The notes under the pieces: model-generated
Databases searched by the model: none
The model's input: only the letters and a program-made list of their open reading frames with translations
Told to the model about the DNA's origin: nothing
Program-made: the position numbers and the translations under genes
Source: Octopus vulgaris
Taxonomy: Eukaryota
Length of the DNA: 64,000 nt
Direction: 5' to 3'
Assembly: GCA_951406725.2 (NCBI GenBank)
Contig: OX597832.1
Location: 12,772,001-12,836,000 of the forward strand
Part shown: positions 40,738 through 55,449 of the stretch, piece by piece
Layout of the letters: every line of letters begins with the position of its first letter
Position numbering within the stretch: the first letter of the stretch is position 1

Positions 40738-42295
40738 TTTCCGTGCATGTTTCAGTAAACTTATGAAGCGTGGAACGAAAATGATTGAGAAACATTCGAC
40801 TTAGTAAAAGAATAACAAGGTTACATTTATATTTTAGTCCTCAAACGCTAAAGAAAAATGATAGTCAAGGATAAACGAATTAAAATGCGGCTAACCAAAG
40901 ACAATGACGGCAAAGTAAATCGCTAACTTTTAGTGCTAGTTAAATTACTCATGTCAGTTTCCTTGTCAAAGCCACCATCACTCTATGCCAGTATATGTTC
41001 CCATATGTGTCAACATTAACAATTGTTATTATAATTAATACTCAACTGCTACTCTCAACCAGCGATCGAAACTGGTTCGTATTGGAGCAGTCAATGTGGA
41101 GACCATTGAGTACTGTAGCACTCAGTGTTGTTCAACCTGATCTGTTTACGCGGTTTGGTTGGTTTCAGAACCATTCCCAGTTGTCCATATCTACGTTAGA
41201 CTAAACTACTTGAACGTCAATAACAGTGTAAGCAAATTAAGATACAAATGAGACTTAAACACACACACACACAGACTCACACACACACATGCTTTTTTCT
41301 CTCTCGCTTTCGCCTTCCCCATCTCTCTCCTACATACACACATATAATGCGCAGAGCATTGATACAAATGTAAATCTAACCTTTGATACGCCCATCTGAA
41401 ATAAAATTTACTTCAGAGAATATGTCTGTTAAAGACTAATTTTTAAAATATTTTATTTTTCACTTTATTTTCTAATTAATAGCTCGCTTTCTGAGATAAA
41501 TGCTTCGTTCGCTGACGTTATCAAATTTCAATACCATGATTAAATTAAAAGAAATCATTGAAATATATAGCTTATCAACTTAATTTGTTCATAGAGAAAA
41601 TTTACTGGAAGTTGGAACTTTTAAATAATCTATCTTTTAAAATGTGCACACATTTAGACAAGTTCTTATGACACAGTCTTAACAACTTTGTCTTTAAAAT
41701 ATATGTCTGTATCGTAAATACATGACTACACAATAAGCTTTTGAAAATTGTTTTATACTTCATCATCAATACATTTAATTCTGCATCACGTAGTCTTGAA
41801 AATATACATACGCGACTATACTAGCTTATATATGTAGGCAGAATAATACTAGGAGAAACTGAATAAATATGCCGACATAAGGGAGCAATTACATATACTG
41901 AACTAAAAAAGAAATACTATTTGCATAATGTGAATATCGACTCGTTAAGTCTAGTTGCTATGACATTATAGATTCAAGTAAATATTGCGAGTTTTATTTC
42001 CCTCTATAGCAGTTTATAACTAAATTTATCTATTCAACCATTCATCCAGTATATCTTTACAATAAAATATATTCCGTGAGACTGAAATATATCATATACA
42101 TCTCCATAGAAACATCCCAGATACGTATTAGGAGTGGTCTACCGAATAATATCAGTATTTTCAAAGCCATGAATATCTACAAAACTGTGTTTCTTAGATA
42201 AATGTTTTACTATTGTATTTTGCAGAAACGAAAATATATGGTACTGCTCTGTAAGTGAAATTATAACAGAGTATCACCAATGTTTCACATATACG

Positions 42296-42343
<48 letters not shown>

Positions 42344-42978
42344 CGTTTCTGAAAGCTACGAAGCATTTAAAAGGTTATCGAAAAACATTGTTGATGTATA
42401 TAGAATAGTTTTACCTGACTTATTCATTAGATTATACCTTCTAAATTTAGAAACCGATTTTTTTCTAACCAAGTAATGAAACGCGATCGGCTTCTTTTTT
42501 CCATAATTTACTTGTACATTTTACAGCAAATTATTTGTTAAATGAGAGTAATTGCAAAGACATCCACACTTGAGGATAAATCTTAATACTTTGCAACTTT
42601 TTTCATTTCCTCCCTCCTTATTTCGCTCTTTCTCTCTTCTCTTTCTTCTCTGTATCACATGTCTTGCTCACTGTTTTGAACTTGCGTTACATCTTCTTTT
42701 CATATAATGCCTCATTTCAAATTAAGGACTTGAACCAACAACATGGCTGAATTTAAGCCTCAACAGGTCGTTTAAAGATGGCATACAAGAACAAAGGAAT
42801 ACGTGAATAAATAGCAGGGAAAATTGGAATAATAGTAATGGACTGAAAATAGATTCTTCCTTCTTGAAGCATTGTAAGTTGTGGTATTTGATAAAAAATA
42901 CCGCTCTGTTAGTTTCTCGGTGGTCTTGAAGGAAAGCAACAAAAACTTCAAATATCAGTACGATATTTTTTTCCAGAG

Positions 42979-43235
42979 TGGAGGTGCGTGGCTTAGTGGT
43001 TAGGGTGTCAGCATCATGATCGTAAGATTGGGGTTTCCTGGACCGGGCGACGCGTTGTGATCTTGAGCAAAACACTTCATTTCGCGTTGCTCCAGTCGAG
43101 TCAGCGGGCAATAATGAGTAAAGCTACAATGGACTGGCGTCCTGTCCAGTTGGGAAACACATACGCTGTTGAAACCGGGAAACCGGGCCCATGAGCCTGG
43201 CTAGGTTTTAAAAGGGCGCATTTATTATTATTATT
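42979..43235 (+). mobile_element. tRNA-derived SINE family D with V-domain-like core
   Basis: A box TGGCTTAGTGG, CTTGAGCAAAACACTT, V-like ATGGACTGGCGTCCTGTCCAG, (TTA)n tail. Confidence 0.8.
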
Positions 43236-43794
43236 TTTTCGAGATATATCGTTCTTTCTAACGAATTAAGCCCTAAACGTTATTCTAACTGAACATTTTG
43301 TGGCTACTTTATGCACAATGTCGTATTATACCCTAAAATATACAATATATGTATTCAATTAATCCAGTGCCGTTAGATTTAAATAGATATATTGTAAGTC
43401 AAGTGCTGCTGCAAGCAAAATTGTGGGAGCAAGGGGTTTCCATGGGATCGTAGTCCTGAGGCACGAGGATTAGGTGGACGGATTTATGCAATGCCTATAT
43501 GACGAGTTTTGTGACTAAGGAAAAATCTGAATGTTGGAAAGTTTGAGGACCAGAAGGTTGGAGACCAGCAGGATTTGAGAAATAGAGGCTACTGTAGTGT
43601 TGGTACTAGTAAAAGTAAATGGGAGCATCAGGTCTATAGACCAAAGTTAGATGTTTGTCTATATAATTTTATGACGGTACGCATTCCCAGGTAGAAACAT
43701 GAGAGAACATGGATCGACTACGTGAACAAAAATGGCGACAAAATCCTATTTTCCACTCTGTATCTTTCAAAGTGTGAGCACAATAATATACGAT

Positions 43795-44143
43795 GATCCT
43801 TTCTACTTGAGGGAAGGAGACTAGTCGATTGCAGCGACCCCAGTACTTGACTGTTACTCATTTTATCGACCTCAAAGGTATGAGAGAATGTAAACTCCAA
43901 ATGCAATGCCGGAGGAAGTAATGCTTAATATTTTGCCAGTCACCTTACGGTATTATGTAATAATGATTGGGGGAGGGTCAAGTCGATTATGACGACTACA
44001 AGTTTTCAACAGGTACTTATTTCATGGACCTTGAAAATGGATGACTGGCAAGACTAACATCAGCGGAATTTGAACTCACGATGTACGAAATGCGATTAAG
44101 CATGTTTGCTCAGCGCGCTAATCATTCTACCAGCTCACAGCCT
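43795..44143 (-). mobile_element. Two adjacent diverged SINE family C copies
   Basis: Two GTCGATT...GTACT...TTTATCGACC units (~43795-43945 and ~43965-44143). Confidence 0.78.
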
Positions 44144-44232
44144 CTGCAGTAATACATGAATATAACAATGCATTCTTCGGCTTTCTCGTATTTGGGATAA
44201 TATCTAAGCTACACACACACACAAATGTATAT

Positions 44233-44285
<53 letters not shown>

Positions 44286-44829
44286 AATATACACGTTATT
44301 ATTATCGATATATTGGAATTATTTTAATATCGTTCCATCATATACACAGAGTACGCACATATACACATACAAATATGTGTACATGTGTGTGTGCATGTGT
44401 GTGTGTATGCGTGTGTGTATATGTGTGTGTATGTGTGTGTGTGTATGTGCACAAAATGTAGAAACGGATGTGTTTCTTCTACACTATTGTTGTTTCTACT
44501 CTCTTTGGGAGTGTATCAGCTTTGCGGGTCCTGTGCATTCGCAATATGACGGAACAATACATATACACAGACTTGAATATTATATATATTTACGTATTAT
44601 GTACGTATAAACATATGAAGGCGACGGGGCTGAGTATGTGTGCACACATGCACATGCATGTGTATGTGTGCATTTCTTAGTCTGTTCGAGAAAGAATTTC
44701 CATATTAATTTGTTTTGAATCGAACTGATCCGTCCATCGTTTTCTTTGTTTCAGATAGAAACACGCAGATTATTTTAAGATGTATTTCGTTATCCGAGAA
44801 TATAAATAAATATATTTTGCATACAATAC

Positions 44830-45215
<386 letters not shown>

Positions 45216-45502
45216 ATGTATTCTTTGTATTTAAATTATGTATCATATTTGCTGTTCGTATATGATATAACAACGTAACTACGTAGAGGAAAAGGAGAAC
45301 ACGTACATATATCTCAGTTTCACAGGCTATCTACACTTGTTTAGTTGTTTAGATATATCTCCTACATGCACTCTACTTTGCAGTCACTCTTTTCCGTTCA
45401 ACCGAGATATTTCAGACATCAAGCGGCACCTACTATTCCATTGTTAATAACATCGAACAAAAACATTCAAATGCGATCTATACTACTTCAGCTTCGATTC
45501 CT

Positions 45503-45512
45503 TATATTATCA

Positions 45513-45580
<68 letters not shown>

Positions 45581-45644
45581 GTTATTGTTATTGTTATTAT
45601 TATTATTATTGTTATTATTATTATTGTTATTATTATTATTATTA

Positions 45645-45675
<31 letters not shown>

Positions 45676-45690
45676 CATTATTATTATTTG
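45503..45690. repeat. (TAT/TGT)n trinucleotide microsatellite
   Basis: Direct reading; source of the poly-L/N/I ORFs. Confidence 0.95.
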
Positions 45691-46830
45691 TATATTTTCT
45701 CTTCTCCTGCGCACATCCTCCCCATCGTTCTTTCTTTCTTATATATATTTGCAACTTCTTCCTAGTCCCCCCCTCTTTCTTCTCAATTATTTTCTCTCTC
45801 TTTCTTTGTTTCGTTTTTCCATTTTCTGGGATTTTTTCTCGTGTTCTATTGTTCATTTCTCAATAATTTTCTGCTTGTTTTTTTTTTTTTGTATCGTTTC
45901 TTAATTTTTCCTTTCTATATACATATTTGTTTTAGTATAGTTTTATTGTGTGTATACTATGTATATATATATATATTTTTTTTATTCCCGTCATCTTCTC
46001 CATCTTCTTCTGCTTAGTTATTTACATTGCATCGATTCTGTTCTGCCTGTCACATGGAAACGCTAATTCCTTTTGATGAATACCAGGGAATTATGTTTAG
46101 AGCCAAGATCGGGAGAAACAGCTTAGGTCTGAATGAAGGTATCTGATATAATATACAATATATAAACATACTATTAAATATGTTCATTCCACTACATATT
46201 TCGAGCAGTTTATGTACACATCGGATGCAGCCCAGAATATAACATAAACCAGCATATATTAGAGTAAACAATGAAAGTGACATGCTTTATGCACATACAT
46301 GCACATAGTCACGCACACATATCATATATACATACATAAATACATACATGCATATATACATAAATACACACATACATATATACACCCATTCATACATCCA
46401 TAAATACATACATACATATATACATATATGTATACCATTTAGAAAAAAACATCACTCAGATTACATAAAGCCTAAAATTTCGTGGACAGTCGATAGCTTT
46501 GTGCAACTGAGATTCGTCGGTCAAGCAATCCATTCCAAATAATCTATGATGGAATACATTGTTTTGGTTGATTCATTGATTGCAAAATATCCTGCTATAA
46601 GCATATTTGTAATTCTTTGAGTATAGTTTCATACTTAGAGACGGAACTTGTCCTGTATCGTGACATAATATCCCTTGTTGGAGAAAACAAGGCTTCGTAA
46701 TATAATCGTATTATATACACTACTTTTGTACACTGGTTTCCATGTACGTTGGAATATTCCATCAAAAGTAAAAGTACTCAACGCTCACGTGTATACATAC
46801 ATACACACATACATACATACATACATACAC

Positions 46831-46894
<64 letters not shown>

Positions 46895-47048
46895 TCACCG
46901 ATATATAGATAGATGGGTATATATCCATATATATAGAGAGAGAGAAAGAGAGAGAGATGCATATAAGTATATATGTGTGTATAATTATACAGTAAATATT
47001 TATGGTGTTTAATATATATACGTGTACATACATTTATATATATATTAT

Positions 47049-47117
<69 letters not shown>

Positions 47118-48500
47118 TGTATGATTGGTTGGGTATTTCTATATTTGCGAGAGTGTGCTTGTGTGTGTGAAACAAAAAAAAATTCACAAACATATATCGA
47201 TAAGCAACTGCCAAAAAGCGTTCTTTTGACCTTATAAAAAGGATAAAAATCAATATCTCTCGCCTCTGTTATGTTGTTAAGTGGTTATCTGCATATTTCT
47301 TTGCCTCAATATATACTTTACAATAAATGCACTTTCTTTGTAAAGTTAGAAGGGAAGAAAACATTGCAAAGTAGCATCACGAATCATGTCAAAGTTTAAT
47401 TTCTTAACATATCAACCTTCCATCATATCACACCCTAAATGACTTAACAAACGATTACACGTAAGATAATGTAGGTCTAAGACATATCAGGTATGAAGAA
47501 AGGAATGAAGAATGGTTACTGCTTGATTACATATAATTTTACGAGGTTTCAATCCCTGCTAAGCTGGGTCTAAACAAGAATAGCGTAACAGGAAGACGTA
47601 ATTATCACATAACTTTGGAGGCGGCAAAATACATTATGTAAGTGAATTTAGATTTTCTTATGGTCTACAAGTGATTTTTTCTTGGGGGGGGATGTTTCTC
47701 GTAACGGATCATATTTCATTTTTTCTGTGACCATTCATTTTCAAGAATTCAGTTGGAAAAGCATTATCATTTGTCATCCATTTTATTAAAGGAATAGACT
47801 ACTGAAATTTTATTTCGTCCTAAGTATCGTATTTGGTTAATATATTCGTCACACCGAGCGACTAGGTATATGCATATTCGTTGGCTTTGCCAAAGTAACT
47901 GATGTATTCTGAATGAATCATCCAACATATGTGTATTCTAAGAACATGTTCTTAAAGCCACGGTTATTTTTTTTCATAAAGAAATTTTAAATAAGTTAAT
48001 GAAAACATGAAAACTTGAAAATTTAGAAAAATGAGCGATTTCAAGGTGTCAATATTTCTCTCATCTCTAATGTTTTCTGTTTTTTTTTCTTTTGCCCCAG
48101 CTGGAAATCAGCACGAATTCAGTGTCAGCTAATACCTAAGTTTTATTTAATGGAAGATGAAAGCTTAATGTCAATAGATAGAGTTGGATTCGAATTTTGT
48201 CATTTGAAAGTAAAATTGAGTGTTTCTCAGAAATATATGCCTTATTCACATCTTCAAATATCAATCTAAGTATTTCAAGTACCTAATTCTAGCCTTCATT
48301 AATCAGAAAATCAAACAGCGATTGAAAATCAAGCTAATCTGATATCTTATGTAGCTTATGCTCATGTGAAAAATTTTGACTGACATGTGTACCTTACATT
48401 AGATTATAAGTAAATGAATCTATCAAAAATTAGATTCCATTATTAATTGGATTCGTCATATAATGAATTAAAAATGTGTATAATATACTTACATATTTAC

Positions 48501-48763
<263 letters not shown>

Positions 48764-51414
48764 GCGTGAGGGAAAGGGAAATTTTTGGTTCTTTTAACAC
48801 TTTGCTTCGTAAGACTGCAGCTATAGTAGGGACCAGCTTTCAAGGATTTTAAGGCACTCACAACATACCATACATCTTTTTTCATGCTGATATTTATTTT
48901 AGCAATAGTTTGTAGCTAATTGTTAAGACAGCTTTTGACATGATATGACACACATACACAAACACATGCATGAAACTATTTTTACACATATGACGTAGTT
49001 GGGCCACTCACACCCAGAAAACACGGTAGAAAACATTTCCAACGTGTCACACATATCACCTAACCATGTTTGCTGTGCAAACATGTTACGTACATGAAAA
49101 CGCTTCCACCTATATTATGCATTATATAAGCTAATTAACTCCAGACAGGAAAGGAAAAATTTAATAACACTTGTGTGCAATTTGCTTGAAATATACTTGT
49201 GTTATAACCGTCCGTTCAATTTGCTTGAAATACACTCGTGCCATGGCTGTTCATAAAGGAAAAGAGACATACCCTCTAAATTTATTCCAAACAAGTATTA
49301 ATTTCATACCATTTCTGCCAGTGCGTGACGATAGCAAAATAATTATCATTTAAGCATAACCATTCACCGAAGATAAATCTATTTAACTATGTATTATATC
49401 ATTAAATAAATATTGTAGTACGATTTTCTATTTGCGGGTAACTTAGGAATATACGCCGTGGTATATCGTTGATTAAAATCGATATTATTTTATTGGATTG
49501 GAAAAAATCTCTTGAGGGTTAGTCTATTATTTCAAATTGCATGTTCACGCTGTTAATATGTGTGTGTGCATGTGTGCGTGTGTGTTTGTGTATGTGTGTA
49601 TGTATACATGTGTGTACGTATTTCATCATGTATTGCTTGTTTTGTTTTTTATATTTGAACATATTTTGTTTGCTTCCATCATGTAATGATTCAGTTACAG
49701 TTGTCTATTTTTCCTTGCCTAATGATTGAGTCTAAAGCGATTTATGATAAACAATTCGTAATTTGTCAATCGTTTATCACAATGTTTTTTTTTTATTATC
49801 GAGAAAAATTGTATCTGAAATGGAAACGTTAAAAAAAAAAATCAATTCCCTACAAACCTCTGTATAACTAGAATATCTAAATCATCCGCTTATCTTTATA
49901 AACAGCATGAAATATCGCTCATACGTATCTATGAAGTAGAATATTTGCTATCCCCAGAAACCCTCCTGTTACAATCACCATTATCAACTTTCCGATCAAG
50001 TAAATTCATCAAACTCTGCCTAATAACTACTAAACATCAGCAATGCTTACGTAAGCCCCACACATGATTACTACTCCCTAATCTCTACCAACACTGTTAC
50101 GCATAATTTCTGAAACCTAGTAAAACTGTCTTTATTGATTAACATGAAATTTCTCTTCAATACATTCCAGCCGATGGCAGCTGATATTTTAAATGATTCT
50201 CTTTGCTTTTTCTGCTAGTTCCTGGGTCCATTTTACGTCCAGGTCCTAACTCCCAAACTCATTCCTCCTGCCTGCTCTTAACAAGCACAGCGCTCCCATC
50301 TAAAATCCAGACATTGCGCAAATCTTTATGCACCGTCATTCATAATTTGGAATATTTTCATTGCCTAATTGTTTTCAATTTGATCAGTACTCAGCATGGT
50401 GCTAATGAAGAGGAAGAATAATTCCGATTAGGGGACCAAAACAATATTAATAAATCTCACTCTATTCTTACAATAAAATATAATAAACCTGGGCTTCTCT
50501 TTTGTCCGTTCTAGCATATGTAACGTTTTCGATATGGTGGATATATGTAAGCTATGATTCTAACATGGAACTTGTATTGGTGTAATTATTACAACTTCAA
50601 TGTTGTACGTGTCTCCATTTTCAAAATGCTACATTTACTGCAACGCATTATTCTACTGTTTCGTTCTTGGCAATATTCTCGTAAGTCGAGTCTGCAATGG
50701 TTTACTGCTCTTACTTCCAGTAACTTAATTCGCTATGCACTATTCAAGTGTTGAGAGAAGATATTAAACGATTCTACAAAATGAGAACGCGGAAGCAATA
50801 TAAGAATTTGTATAGTCTCTAAACAGTATAAAGCCATGTTCCTCTCAAACTAAGCAAAAGTTTCATTATAAGGTAGATACATAGTTACTAAGTGACTCAC
50901 TGATACAGTGTCATGGCTACAAAGAATGTTCTTAGTCCGCAGTGACATCGATGTAAATATATACAAAACTAACATTAACATAATCTATAAGAATAACTGC
51001 AGTTCCTCTATTATCAGATAGAAGTTAGTGTTTATACAACACTATGATGGAAATTACTCTGTTCATTATAGAGAAAATGCCATTGACTGAGAATTTGAAA
51101 AAATATTCTATCTTGAAAAGAGAACTCTAGGATAAGTTTACTTTAAACTTATTTATGCTTGAAGTATAAGTACACTTTACCAAATTGTTCATCAAATTTG
51201 TAAGTGCAAAACTTCGCCTTTACTAGTCTATTCTGTACTTGAATAGTTCTTCAAAATATTTATGTAAATCGAAGAGAGAATCATAAATATTCATCATGAA
51301 AAGGGATACAAATAATGTAGATATCATTAATCAAACATCGTAAAGTTTGAAATCTTCACGATAACATATATGATATATTCGTATCAAGATTAATTTTCAT
51401 ATTAAGCATTTCTC

Positions 51415-51886
51415 AGATTGAGGCATGGCTAAAAATTCATTTCTTCGGGAAGAAGGGGGAATTCAAATATATCGACTTCATCAATTGACGGGTACCTCAG
51501 TTATCAACAACGGAAGAAAGAATGGCAACATTGCACCTGATGGTATTTAATTTCATCATACATATTTCTAATAAGTCAGTAAATATCATGAGACATTTTT
51601 ATTTGACACAACGTTTCACTTAACTCACCAAATCAGCGTGCGCGTCCTATAACGCATATATTTTTAATATTAGTCTCAAATTTTGGCACTAGGCCAGCAA
51701 TTTCGTGTGTAAGAAATGAGTCAATTACATCGACCCCAATGCGCAAATGCTACTTATTTAAACAACTCTGAAAACACGAAAAGAATAGCCGACCTCGGCA
51801 ACACTTGAACTCAGAACGTAAAGACGGAAGAAATACCGCTAAGCTTTGTGTATAGCGTGGCAACGATTCAGCATGCTAGCTGCCTT
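51415..51886 (-). mobile_element. Two diverged SINE family C copies
   Basis: ~51415-51550 (weak) and ~51670-51886 with CGACCTCGGC...TTGAACTCAGAACGTAAAGACGGAAGAAATACCGCTAAGC. Confidence 0.75.
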
Positions 51887-52501
51887 GTTATGATGTATAT
51901 TAGTAATATATATATATATATATATATACTGTAGAAAACGGGAACACACACATAACTTCATGCTCACCTTATGTATAATTATTTTAATATTAAAAGAGAA
52001 ACGTGAGAGCTTGACAGAATCACTTGAACGAACGTAAGAAGTAATACGATCTTTAATTTCGATTAATTATATTATGGTTTCATATCTAGCTTTGGGAAAA
52101 GTTGAAGCAGTAATGTATGAGTTAAGTATGAAGGGCGATTTACTCTACTCTATCCTCTTAAAATATGCATGCACTTGTGCAAATGTAAGAACCAAATTAT
52201 TGAAATCAAGCTAAAAGGGCAACGAATTTTACTTCTAAAAATCCGTGTGCTACGCCATGTTACAAATGAATATCATGAAGTGCAGGAAATAACATAATCA
52301 GCTATTTTCATTAAACATTTGTATTTACATCTTCAACATATTTGATAATGAGATTATAATAGAAATCGCATACAAAAAGGTAACTGAAACGATACACAGG
52401 CAATATAAATAATTGAACATATTCAATCAATAAACTATTATATTTGCATTTACTGAAGTATATAAGTGTAGGTGGATGTTTGACAGAAAATAAGTAAGAG
52501 C

Positions 52502-52543
<42 letters not shown>

Positions 52544-52869
52544 GTGAGAGTGGAGTGTGTATACAAATCAAAGTATTTATATAAGGGGAGGGGAGACGCT
52601 TTATACTTAATCTAGAGTTGATTTATTTTCCTTTCAAACAATATTTACTCAGAGTTTATTCTGACTTTCCCGCGCTTTTCGATTGGATGACAAATCAGAT
52701 GACTAAATAACTAGGTAACCCACAACATATGTGTATGTGCAAGAATGCTTATATGCATATGGTATAATGCGTATGCATATATATATGTGTATATGTGTGT
52801 GGGCGTGCGTGTGTTTGTTTGTGTATGTGTGTGTGTGTGTTCGTGCATGTATACGCACTGGCGTTGCTG

Positions 52870-53655
52870 TAGGTGCAGGTGTAGGTCTGTAGAAAGAAAT
52901 TTCCTTTCTAACCACATTATTCCGGTTTCAGTCCCAATGCACGCCTCCTTTGAGACGTGTATTCAAAAATAGCCATGGACCGACTAAAGTCTTGCTACTG
53001 GAAAATAGAAATATATTTATGTATATATGTTTACATAAATATTTAAACACAATTATATATATGAGTATGTGCATGAGTATGTCATTAGTCAGTTTATTTC
53101 AAGATTTATTGCCAATAGAGAATGAACCGGTTTCTAATCTAGATCCAAGCTTCCTTCATTGGAATTTCAACATCAACAACAGGGTATTTTTGTATATATG
53201 TACATATTTATATATGTATGTATGTACGTATTTATTTATGTATGCATGTATGCATGTATGTTTGTGTGTATGTATGTATGTATGTGCAAATTTGTATGTT
53301 TTTTACGTATTCTCATGCATACAGTTGTATATATAGTTATGCTCATATATACTTAAATGATAAACTTCTGGAAAGTTTTACAGATTTTTACAGTTCCAGT
53401 GATGGACCTGTAGTATTCGAATTAGCTTTCTCCTTTCTGGTTTTAAGAATCCTATACATGTATGCATGTATGTGTATATGTGAGTGTACCTTTTTGCTTG
53501 TGTATGTGCCTCATCACCGCTCAACTACTGGTGTTGGTCTGCCTACATCTTGTAACAAGCAGTTCAGGAAGAAGGGGCCGATAGAATAAGTACGAGATCT
53601 GTAGTTAAGGAATTTTTTTCGGTTCTTCCCTTCAATGCGGTATACAAGCATGAGT
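52870..53655 (+). mobile_element. Old SINE family A copy with an extra insert (~53080-53455) in its central microsatellite
   Basis: Degenerate head (AACCACATT...GGTTTCAGTCCC...GACCGACTAAAGTCTTG) and tail (CAACTACTGGTGTTGG...GATAGAATAAGTAC). Confidence 0.7.
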
Positions 53656-54340
53656 TTGAAAATATTTTAAATCAATATGTATATCGAATTTTGGCGTCTG
53701 TAAAGAAGAGAAACTCGCACTTGTGAAGTCTGATATTTCTCCTTAAATTTATTATTATCGATGATCATAGCGCTATACACGGCATGAATATTAGCAAATG
53801 GCATATCATAAATGCGTTTGAGGTAGAGTAGCTTCTGTCAATGTGAGGGATATATTAGAGCTTAAGGAAAGGTGGTTACAGGAAGAAAAATTAGATCAGT
53901 GATAAGAGGAATTAATTTCGAAGATGTAAGAAAAATGTAATTGGAAGTGAAGCAGTATGAAAAGTCTGTATCGTTTGATTCTGTTTATTTTTTTATTTAG
54001 GTGAACTGTTTCCTTCCTCATAATATGTGGTATGTTGTTTAAGGAGTTTTCCGATGTGAGACCCCGACGTTTTCATTATGCGTCTAAATAAAAAGCATTG
54101 TTTATGAATATATTCTTATGATTCTCTTTTTTCCGCTGTGCAAAGATCACAATATTGATTACCAAACTGATATGGCCCGGATATTTTCAACAATTTCTAT
54201 TGAACACAGTAGACCGGACTGCTTTTCTTCAACCTTCCAGTTCCATATGAGTTAGACTTATTTTGTAGTGTGCATATTATATGAGTCTATAATTGAATAT
54301 GTGTGTTATAAATGACACAATCAAGAACAAATTTGAAGCG

Positions 54341-54371
<31 letters not shown>

Positions 54372-54376
54372 CATAT

Positions 54377-54447
<71 letters not shown>

Positions 54448-55449
54448 TATATACATGCATATGTCTGCATATGCATTAATTATTTAATGATAAAATGCAT
54501 ACCGGTATTTCTTTTACACCGTTATAAATAATATAAACAAATTAGTTTCGTTAGGCGCTGATTTCCAGTTTTATAATTAATTTCTGTCATCGATGTCAAT
54601 TACTTGCTAGAAATACTGTGTACTCTTCGCAAAAAATGTCTGGTTCACTTGGCTTTAATTGATTGCTTTGTTTTCTGCCTTTGTCTCGCTAAAATTTGTT
54701 TTCTCCATACTGTCTCGCTTGTTGAGTTTTTTTTTTTCTTTTTGGTATTCTTGTATTTTTATTTTTTCGGGGAGGTATGATTTTGCAAAATTAATCAGTG
54801 TATTTTCATTAGGTATCAATTGAACAACGTACAATGGGCGTAACTTCCAGACTGTAAAGTGTTTTCGCCGATGCTTTAACGAGTTTGTCACCCACTGTTG
54901 AACTCCAACAACTCTACAAGAAATACAACGCAGTATAGTATTGCTACTGATAATGATCTCGGTTTCTAATGCAAGTCAACATGTTTTTGTTGATGTGTGT
55001 TATATTTAATTATATCTATATCACTACAATGATTTTGTATTCTAAGCGATCCCAAGAAGTATGAACGTACAGTTAATTCTGGTCGGATTAAAAATCCGTT
55101 GGTAAAGAGCTGTGCATGAATACTCCTAGACATTTTGTACAAGGGTCAAATGATCTTTATATGCCACTGCTTTGTGACTAAGAATTATATTTATTTCATA
55201 CATAGAAAGAATACCATACGATCGCCTTCTAGATATGACTGGTATTTTATGACATAGCCTGCGATAACAGGAGGCAAAATAAAATTTGGTATGACTTGAA
55301 ATCCATAGCATAAAAACGCACAGGGGTAAATACTGTCGGTGCATTTATCCAAAGTTGGCATTGTGCATTCTATAAGTATTTCTTTTCACGAGGATGTACA
55401 ATGGTCAAGAGAACAGCTCGGACTTTAAAACGTTATACTAGTTTTGGAC

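Noticed and set aside
45345-45866. Poly-Leu/Asn/Ile ORFs
   Set aside because: (TAT)n repeat; no other coding signal.
49178-49237. 20-bp direct repeat CAATTTGCTTGAAATA(T/C)ACT at 39-bp spacing
   Set aside because: A simple local duplication with two copies only.
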